Below, piece after piece: positions 54,593 through 64,000 of a stretch of DNA of 64,000 nucleotides. The notes below the pieces were generated by a model, which saw nothing but the letters and a program-made list of their open reading frames with translations, did no database searches and had not been told where the DNA came from. Source of the DNA: Octopus vulgaris (lineage: Eukaryota); contig OX597815.1 of the NCBI GenBank assembly GCA_951406725.2, forward strand, positions 132,742,001-132,806,000. Direction: 5' to 3'. The position numbers were made by a program, and so were the translations under genes. Within the stretch, counting starts at the first letter, position 1, and each line of letters starts with the position of its first letter.

Positions 54593-55879
54593 AAGTTGTC
54601 AAAACAGAGTTAAAATGGTGCATGGCGGGCGTGGCTATGTGGTAAGAAGCTGGCTTCGGAAATACATAGTTCGTGGTTCAGTCCTATCGCGTGGTGCTTT
54701 AGGCAACTCTCTTCAACTATAACCTCGAGACGACCAGGGTTGACCTTACTGTGTGTCTTAATCTGTTCCCATCTCGTTTAATTTTTTCTCAAGATGTCTT
54801 TCCTTAAAATTGTCACCTGCAATAAATCTATAAGCATTAGTTTTAAAACTTTTCAGTAATCCCCACTTTGCTATCGCCCTTGGTGGTGATGGATTTGCAC
54901 TGGGTTATCTCCTTTATACAACAGTAGTCCGAATAACTTGAGCCTTCGCAACTGTAAATCAACAAAAGTTCGGTCCATCTAATCAGATTTAGAATCTACC
55001 TTTCAACAGGCAAAATGCATGCCATGTTTCACCATATTATACCACTTATATCCCTCGCCAGTAAAAATAGAGTGAAACATTGAGTACACTGTGTAACACG
55101 ACTCTTATCCTTGGGTAGCAACTGTTATTTCCTATTTGCTTACTAGAAAGTATGGAAAATTGCTGATATTTCCGTCAAACTTTGATTTTGTTAAGATATT
55201 TATTCAAATCCCAAAGAATTCCACTCAAAACACGGCTATCATGCTCCCCCACTACCCCTGCTCATGATCACAGATGCACATATTGTCAGCCACCAAGGGA
55301 CACGCTCAAGGTGTTAAGCTCAAGCAACTGACAAGCAAATCTGTTGTAAGGAGTAGATATTTCTGCTTCAGCAACGCAGCGCTGAATCTGTCTGAAATGT
55401 AATGGAAAACAGGTCAGTTTCAAAATATTGATGTCTAGGTCACAAAAGTAAACTTTCTAGGGAGTAATAGTTATTTCCTTTGATATCTAGATAGAAGAAA
55501 AGAGGAAATAACATTTACTGACTAAAGACTAAAAAAATTAAAATTTTGTTACAGTATTATTTTCAAATAAATGTAGATCTACTTAATATACAATGAGGGA
55601 CGATTTTGTTTCTTTTCTAAACACAGAAACAAATAAGGGTACGTGTGTCTGTGTGAGGAGCCATAGTTCGGCATAAGAACGATAAAATAAGTAGTAAATC
55701 TAAAATTAATAAGCACTTTCAAGTTAGTGCATCAGCATGACCGCAATCTATTGAATGAAACAAGCAAAAGATAAAAGTTATATACGCTTATATGTGAGAT
55801 TATGTGAGTGTGTGTGCGTGTGTGGGTATGTGCAAGAATATGTACACACATATATATGTATTATGTATTTGTATGTTTA

Positions 55880-55950
<71 letters not shown>

Positions 55951-56019
55951 TATATTGGTAAAACGGTAAGATAACAAAAGAAAGAAAGAAACCTCAATAT
56001 TATGTAAATAGAGGAAATT

Positions 56020-56820
56020 TATCTATACAATAATATGTTACATTACTCGATAGTCAAGATAAAACTCTGAGTTTCAGATGCCGAAGTGGAAATCCACAAA
56101 ACCATCTCTTCGGTTATCTGGCTATTTGAAAACGCTATGAAAAAATACCTACTGTGTTATAACTCTGCTTGCCTGCGTACTTATACATCGCTCGCATTTT
56201 TCGTCATAAAAATTATATAAAAATACATAAAAAATATATAAAAAATATATAAAAATATATAAAATCTTCTTGGAACATAACATAGAGAGCATGTTCTATA
56301 TTGTTTTCTTTAGGGGACCAAAAACGTAACAGAAATTTAGTCACATGTGGGCATGATCCGAAAAGTTCTGTCCTTGTGTTTAGACATGTAGTAGGGTCTA
56401 AGCTGCTTTTCCAGATAAGCCATCTCTCCATGTCGCATAGACCGCATCTTCCGCTGCCGTTGGTATAGGGCTTACATCTGGCCAAAATCTTCCAATGTAT
56501 GTTATAATCGACACCTTTATCTCTTAAAGACCAAATATGATTAGATAATTGTGTCGCTTTTCTATTGTTCCAGTGCCTAAAGCTCAAAGTGTGGTTATTG
56601 AACCTGGCCTTGAAGTTACCCTCTGTAAGGCCCACGTATTTCTTCGTCGAAACGGTGTCTTTAGTGGTTATAGAGTTTACGGTAGCTTCATATATTTTTT
56701 CATAGCGTTTTCAAATAGCCAGATAACCGAAGAGATGGTGTTGTGGATTTCCACTTCGGCATCTGAAACTCAGAGTTTTATCTTGACTATCGAGTAATGT
56801 AACATATTATTGTATAGATA
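56020..56820 (-). mobile_element. 5'-truncated Penelope-like element: GIY-YIG endonuclease fragment between 128-bp inverted repeats
   Basis: IYEATV..KKYVGLTEGNFKARFNNH..CGLCDMERWLI..LNTRTELFGSCPH..KFLL. Inverted repeats 56020-56147 and 56693-56820 differ at one position seen. Confidence 0.88.
56721..56783 (+). ncRNA. Hammerhead-like motif in the Penelope pseudo-LTR (mirror copy at 56057-56119, minus)
   Basis: Stem I agataa/ttatct; variant core CCGAAGA; stem II gatg..catc; GAAAC tcaga GTT. Confidence 0.6.
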
Positions 56821-56912
56821 TAATATATATATATATAATATATGTGTATATGTATATGTATACATATATGCATATATATATTTATATATATGTACATATA
56901 TATGCGTATGTA

Positions 56913-56963
<51 letters not shown>

Positions 56964-56996
56964 ATATATATATATACATATATATGTGTCTATATG

Positions 56997-57332
56997 AAGG
57001 CGCATGGCTCAGTGGTTAGAGCGTCGAGCTTACGATCGTGAGGTTGTGAGCTCGAATCCCGGACCGGGCTGCGTGTTGTGTTCTTGAGCAAGACACTTTA
57101 TTTCACGTTGCTCCAGTTCACTCACCAGTAGAAATGAGTTGCGACGTCACGAGTGCCAAGCTGTATCGGCCTTTGCCTTTCCCTTGGATAACACTGGTGG
57201 CGTGGAGTGGGGAGGCCGGTATGCATGGGCGACTGCTGGTCTTCCATAAACAACCATGCCCAGACTTGTAACTAGGAGGGTAACTTTCTAGGTGCAATCC
57301 CATGGTCAGTGTCGTGACCGAAGGGGGTCCCG
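56997..57332 (+). mobile_element. tRNA-derived SINE with a C-type head and a distinct tail
   Basis: A-box tggctcagtgg, B-box gctcgaatccc, core ttcttgagcaagacacttt; tail ...cccatggtcagtgtcgtgaccgaagggggtc. Confidence 0.8.
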
Positions 57333-57344
57333 GATCCCGGATGT

Positions 57345-57395
57345 GTCTATATACATATATATATACATATATATATATGTGTATATATATACATA

Positions 57396-57429
<34 letters not shown>

Positions 57430-57569
57430 CATATATGTGTATATATATGTATGTATATATATAGTGTATATATATATGTCTGTGTATATCCATATATGCA
57501 TATAAATGTATATACATTTATGTATATATATAGAGAGAGAGCTAGATAGATAGGTAGGTGGATAAATAG

Positions 57570-57600
<31 letters not shown>

Positions 57601-57613
57601 GATCGATAGATAT

Positions 57614-57680
<67 letters not shown>

Positions 57681-57682
57681 TA
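57345..57682. repeat. (TA)n and (TAGA)n microsatellites
   Basis: Direct inspection. Confidence 0.9.
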
Positions 57683-58839
57683 TGCTTATGTGGTAGATAA
57701 GTACATTTGGCGAAGATCTGTGTGACCAGAAAATGCACTTAAATCTGAGGTCAAGTGCACATATCTGTTGATTGTTATAATGTAATTCCCCAACTCACAG
57801 GTGGTAACGTCTCGTGTCAAAACTCATCATAAATAAACTGGAACAAACACGACCATACAGTCAGCTCTTTAGTGAAATCTTATCAGAGGAATCTTCTCTT
57901 ATTGTAATATGTATCACACGCAAACACGTAAACTATTTGCAGCCATTGAGATAGCATGCGCAGTTTAATGGCTGTCGGTTTAGTACCGAATACATAAGTT
58001 TATAGAGAAAATATTCTCCAGGTTAGGAAGTGAGGAATGATTGGACACCATAAGTGAGAAGTCTCACTAGATTTGCATTTTGGACACGACCGAATACACG
58101 TGAACACACACACACGCACACACACGAACACACGCATACACACACGCACACGTAGAAACGCACGCGTAAAGACACGCGCACAGACAGACAGACAGACAGA
58201 TAGATACATACATACATACATACATACATACATACATACATACATACATACAAACATGTTCGTGCAGTTGTAATTGTGTGCGTTAAATCTGATATATGTA
58301 ACGCAATGCGTCGTGAACTGGTCACAACTAGAAGACAGACGTATCTTGTTGGAGAATTCAAAATCTAAGAACAGCAAAGAAGCTAAACAAATGCAAAAAT
58401 ATCAGCCAATAAAATAAATTGAAATCGGCGCGGGAGTATAGAAGTACGACAATACATTCAGGAATGAATCATGTCTTTAAAGCTAACAAATGAAATCAAC
58501 AGACATGTCTGGGTCTGGTCAGGATGCAGAATATTCTCTTCTACTCTAGACACAAGGCCCGAAATTTTGAGTGGGGGTGCCAGTCGATTAGATCGCCCCC
58601 AGTACGCAACTGGTGCTTAATTTATCGATTCCGAAAGGATGAAAGGCAAAGTCAACCTCGGCGAAATTTGAACTCAGAACATAAAGGAAGATGAAATGCT
58701 GCTAAACATTCCGTCCGGCCGTGCTAACGTTTCTTCCAGATCGCCGCCTTCAGGTTACAGAATACTGTGATTCTGTCCATATGATTCTGTCAGGTTGGGT
58801 GTAGGTATTTCAGGAAGTGACTCTCTGTGTCTAACTCCA

Positions 58840-58841
58840 TT

Positions 58842-58927
<86 letters not shown>

Positions 58928-59095
58928 TCTCACTCTCTCACTCTCTCTCTCTCCCTCGCTCTCTCTTTCTCCTATTCAAACCCCTCAGTCTCACTCTTTC
59001 TTTCAGTCTCCCTCTCCCACTCGCTCTTTTTCTCTCCCTCTCTCATTCTCTTTTTCTCCCTCCTCCTTTCTCTGTCTCTCACACTCTCCCTCTAA
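58840..59095. repeat. (CT)n polypyrimidine tract
   Basis: Direct inspection. Confidence 0.9.
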
Positions 59096-59124
59096 GTATC
59101 TATCTATCCATGTAGCTAGCTACG

Positions 59125-59389
59125 TATCTTTTACGAGTTTCTGTCATTCAAATGCGGTCATGATGGGGCACCGCCCTGAGAAATTTTAGTCGAACGAATT
59201 GACCCTAGTACTTATTTATGCCTTTTTTGTCTTTTTTAAGTTTAGTACTTATTCTGTCGGTTTCCTTTGTGAATCTACTAAATTATAGTGTCATAAACAT
59301 ACCAACACCGGTTGCCAAACGATGATGTAGTACAAACACAGACACAAACATACACATACACACACACACACGCACACACACGCACACAC

Positions 59390-59452
<63 letters not shown>

Positions 59453-59632
59453 GATATATAAACATATACGATGGGCTTCGTCCAATTTTCGTTTGCCAAA
59501 TTCACTTACAAGTCATTGGTTGGGCCGAAGTTATTGTGCAAGAGACTTCCCAAGGTGCCACGCAGAAGGACTGAACCTGGAACGATGTGGTTGGTTAACA
59601 AACTTGTTACTGCACAGCCATGCTGGCGCCTA
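59125..59632 (-). mobile_element. SINE family A, diverged, with internal (CA)n
   Basis: Reverse complement collinear with 16076-16542. Confidence 0.75.
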
Positions 59633-60267
59633 TGTCTCGAAGAATATCTTGATCAACGGAAACACGCTACATTCTGTACTATGCCCAAGGAAAGCGCCCC
59701 CTATTACCGTACGCTTTGATATCGTACTCTAAACGAAACCCTACGGTAATGGTGATAGATATTTTTAAAAAACTCCACTATCATGGGTCCACCCACTTTT
59801 CGTCCCCTACTCTTCCTTTTTCCTCCTTCTCTTCCTGCCCCACACCCCTTTAAATACAATCAGCTTAACTATCACGAACGTCTGACAATTTGAAAGTTAC
59901 ATTTCTGTTTGTGCATACGTGTATGAAATGAAAGCGATATCCATCGATACGGAAGTTTTCTTATGAATTTATTTCGCATGAGCGCACACGAAATCCCACG
60001 TTTATATAGTTGCATACATTTATATGCATCTATGTATGAGTCTGTTGGTGGGTAATATATACATAACACTGTTTTAAGAAAAATTTTTTTGTAGCGTAAT
60101 TACTTCACGCCTGGTTACGTATACGCATATAATGTGTTTATATAAGTGTGTGACGAAAACTTGATTAGATAATGTTTTCTACATTTAAAAATTTTTAAAT
60201 CTAAATACATATGTACATACACACACGCACACATATATGTGTATGCATGTGTATATATATATATATG

Positions 60268-60337
<70 letters not shown>

Positions 60338-60338
60338 A

Positions 60339-60382
<44 letters not shown>

Positions 60383-60529
60383 TCGTGAGTAATTACTAAA
60401 CGTATATATACAGATTAACAGGCTTAAGTTAACTCACGCGGGCTTCTACTGCAATAACACATGCGCACATACATACTTGCGTATACATGCATATATATGC
60501 TTGCAAGTATGTGTATGTATTTATATATG

Positions 60530-60600
<71 letters not shown>

Positions 60601-60759
60601 ATATATGTATATACATATATGCATAAATATTTGTATGCATTTATTTTTGTATGTATGTGTGTATATATTTATGTATGCATAATTGGATGTGTTACTCCTG
60701 TGGCATGCGGAAAAATATATTTTTGCATAAAACTACATATTTTTAATGATTATATTTAA

Positions 60760-60805
<46 letters not shown>

Positions 60806-61429
60806 TATGTATATGTATATGTATTTGACCGTGTGTGTGTGTGTGTATGCAAGCATATGCACATGGGAATAATTCATTTATGCCTGGTTAAATATGTGAA
60901 TAATATATTTATGTGTGATATTCACACGCGAACATATATCGTGTTTGGTTATATTTGTGTACTGTGTCTCATTCCCTGCGTCTGTAAGTATATTAACGTA
61001 TTTGTATTTGTGAATACATTGCGTTGAAATTGAGAATATTAAACAAAGTTTGCAAGCATATGTATGGTTATTATACGTTTATGATGTGTTTATCTAAATA
61101 ATGAATATTATTTACTATTTATATTAATTTGATAATATATTACGATACATGTAAAACGACGGAAACATAGATATGCGCGCGCGTGTGTGTGTGTGTGTGT
61201 CTGTGTGTGTCTGTGTGTGTCTGTGTGTGTCTGTGTGTGTTTGTGTGTGTGTGCGTGTATACATACATACTGAATTAGGTAAATAGTAGGGAGAGCAAGG
61301 CAACTGACACAGAGTTATAAAGAGATGATATCGAAGAGACAAAAATAACAAACACCAAAAAACGCGATATACACCTATATCAAAGAAATAGGACATTCGT
61401 CCAAGCTTAATATATTTAGGAAATATATT

Positions 61430-61930
61430 TCGTTGGGAACCCAAGACAGCCTTGATGCTCTTGCGGAAACTGTTGAATATATGATCCTATCGCTTTCATC
61501 TTTGACAACCCGGTATCAAGAATCGGTTAGGCGCTGCTGTCGTGGGCGTGCACATCACAGCAGCACTGCGCTTATCTTCAGTACTGTAAAAATGCCGGTC
61601 TATTCTCTCCGCGATGTCCAAACGCAATAGTTCTTTTAGCCTCTTCCAGCAATCTATGTTGCACTGAGGAAAGCTTCTCTGTATATTTAGAGTTAGATTG
61701 ACCAGAGTTCCATCGTTAATTTGACTCTTCCTGGCGATCATGATTGGGAGCAGTAGTCCAGGTAACTGACAGAGAATGCTCTCCGTAGGAGCAACATGGT
61801 TTCCTTTTTCCAGGTTCTAAATTATCTCAGATCCAACTAGTTAGTCGCCTGGACATTGTTGCCATCTCAGTAATATACACATGGATCCATACATCGCTAC
61901 TCATAAACATTGGGATATCTACATTGGTCA
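61430..61930 (-). mobile_element. Decayed CR1-like LINE C-terminal fragment
   Basis: Minus-strand pieces KETMLLLRRAFSVSYLDYCSQS*SP and CWKRLKEL resemble the CR1 LDYCSQLWSP / YWERLK.L motifs. Confidence 0.6.
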
Positions 61931-62036
61931 TACGTGAATAAGTATTTGTTTCCACTTTTACTATATTCAAATACAATCACATACACTCCTTAAGACGAAG
62001 ATATATACCATGTGAATATATCAATCTATCTATGTA

Positions 62037-62115
<79 letters not shown>

Positions 62116-62117
<2 letters not shown>

Positions 62118-62421
62118 AGGCGCAATGGCCCAGTAGTTAGGGCAGCGGATTCGTGGTCGTAGGATCGCGGTTTCGATTCCCAGACCGGGCGTTGTGTGTG
62201 TTTATTGAGCAAAAATACCTAAAAAGCTCCACGAGGCTCCGACAGGGGGTGGTGATCCCTGCTGTACTCTTTCACCATTCTTTCTCTCACTCTTTCTTCT
62301 GTTAGCCTGCTCGCTTAGCTGGCGGGGTGGCGTAATTTGAAGGCTAAAACAATGCGAACGCATTGTGACCAGTGATGTGTTGCAACATCTGATGGTCTGG
62401 TCGGTCACGTGATCACGTGAT
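62116..62421 (+). mobile_element. tRNA-derived SINE with a D-type head and a third tail type
   Basis: Head matches the reverse complement of 27150-27321; tail ...ggtctggtcggtcacgtgatcacgtga. Confidence 0.8.
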
Positions 62422-62498
62422 ATATATATACACATATACATATATATATGCATATATACATATACATATTTAAACATTCATACACCGCTCGCTCTGTA

Positions 62499-62540
<42 letters not shown>

Positions 62541-62849
62541 CCCTACACGGACGCCCCCCACACCCAAACACCTACCCACCCCACCGTCACCACACATACC
62601 ACTATCTGAGCAACCACACGCTACAAACGAACACACGCTTACAAACGCATACACTCACATACGTCAAAGTAGGTAGCCCCTATTCACACACACACTTACA
62701 CATTCATAGACATAGACTCACAAACACGCACATGCACGCGCACATTCATTTGGGATTACCAGCACTATATTGTCTCCCTTTCTGCTTACCTCTTCGTTCA
62801 AACATTTTTTCTAATCATTCGCCATGCTTGAGCACGAAACCTACATAAT

Positions 62850-63012
62850 TTTTCTTTCATTCTTTCTCTGTTTATTTTCTCTTATTCCTTTCTGCTGAAG
62901 AGCATAGGCTCGAAACGTAAGAGACTTTTTAATTTTCCCGAGTGTCAAACTAACGCAACTGGTTGTTGTTCATACACTTGTCTTCGTCTTTTATTTTTCT
63001 GTAAATTTCAAC
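62850..63012 (+). repeat. Short repeat with a hammerhead-like motif (62888-62923)
   Basis: cttt CTGCTGA a gagc atag gctc GAAAC GTA agag; family shared with 34085-34232. Confidence 0.65.
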
Positions 63013-63014
63013 TA

Positions 63015-63098
<84 letters not shown>

Positions 63099-63125
63099 CA
63101 TATGTGTGTTACTCTGTCTTTCTGT

Positions 63126-63458
63126 CTCGATCGAATAACTCCGTTTACAAGACGCTATGCTTGGAATGACCAGTTATAAATACCATTGGAACTCAAACAC
63201 AGTACAGGAGACTTATATGAATATCATTCTGCTTAAATAACGGAACTGCTGATACAATATCCTTACGTGTCTCCCTTCACTCCTCCACTTCACTCTGTAT
63301 TTCATATCTTCTCCATAATAACTATTGCTTAACCATTTACTCGCACCGTCTCTGATGAAGAGATATATAAAATATCCTGGAAACAGCTGTAAGACCTTCT
63401 CTTTATAAATGTTCTAAAATCTTTCACAGCCTTGGATTTTTTGTCTCATTCTGGTACT
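63126..63458 (+). mobile_element. Non-coding hammerhead-bearing repeat, copy 2 (hammerhead 63348-63395)
   Basis: gtct CTGATGA a gagatat ataaa atatcct g GAAAC agct GTA agac; homologous to 52277-52620. Confidence 0.75.
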
Positions 63459-63502
63459 TATATATATATATATGTATATATATATATGTATATATATGTA
63501 TA

Positions 63503-63558
<56 letters not shown>

Positions 63559-63715
63559 TGTATATATATATATATGTACATATATATATATATGTATATA
63601 TATATGTATATATATATATATATGTTTATATATGTATATATATATATGTGTATATATATATATATGTGTGTGTGTGTTTATATATATATATGTGTGTATA
63701 TATGTATGTATGTAA

Positions 63716-63765
<50 letters not shown>

Positions 63766-63780
63766 GTATGTATATATATA
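63459..63780. repeat. Long degenerate (TA)n tract
   Basis: Direct inspection. Confidence 0.95.
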
Positions 63781-63842
63781 CATTTCGTTTGGGGATTTGG
63801 TTTGCAAGATTCTTTATGTAAGTTCGTGTGTTGAAGTATATT

Positions 63843-63942
63843 CTGTTGTCTCTGGAGAGAGTAATTTTTTGTGCCTTATAATTTAACACAGTGTGTTAAA
63901 TTAAAAGGCACAAAATAAAAATGACTCTCTCCAGACAAAACA

Positions 63943-63943
<1 letters not shown>
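63843..63943. repeat. ~100-bp imperfect palindrome centred on 63891
   Basis: Arm pairs tctggagagagt/actctctccaga, ttttgtgcctt/aaggcacaaaa and taatttaacaca/tgtgttaaatta, with a 1-nt spacer. Confidence 0.9.
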
Positions 63944-63982
<39 letters not shown>

Positions 63983-64000
63983 GTATATACAGGTACCTAG

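Noticed and set aside
56997-57070. tRNA gene candidates at SINE heads (also 40642, 62116, 16076)
   Set aside because: A and B boxes are present, but there is no complete cloverleaf and each continues into a SINE body.
57801-57832. cacAG|GTGGT.. as a possible fourth kelch exon
   Set aside because: The phase fits, but a stop follows within about 10 codons and there are no kelch residues after GG.

Overview
AT-rich eukaryotic genomic DNA dense in microsatellites ((TA)n, (TG)n, (TATG)n, (TAGA)n, (TAT)n, (CT)n). The SINE families resemble those of an octopus or other coleoid cephalopod (inference). Most long ORFs in the supplied track are microsatellite artefacts. Likely host genes: (i) three phase-compatible exons of a plus-strand kelch-repeat gene (20134-20202, 32701-32932, 45810-45910) with ~12.5-12.9 kb introns and apparently no BTB/BACK domain; (ii) the possible 5' end of a divergent minus-strand gene (ATG|GTAAG at 7064, candidate exon 364-419). 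The rest is decayed mobile DNA: a complete mariner with TIRs and TA TSDs, three R4/Dong-like RLE LINE fragments (two flanked by microsatellites), CR1 and RTE fragments, a Penelope-like GIY-YIG fragment with inverted pseudo-LTRs, about 30 tRNA-derived SINE copies, and an ORF1-only CCHC retroelement inserted with a 12-14 bp TSD into a SINE head. The most notable signal is nine minimal type I hammerhead-ribozyme-like motifs (eight largely complete, one deleted) in several short repeat families lodged in microsatellites.
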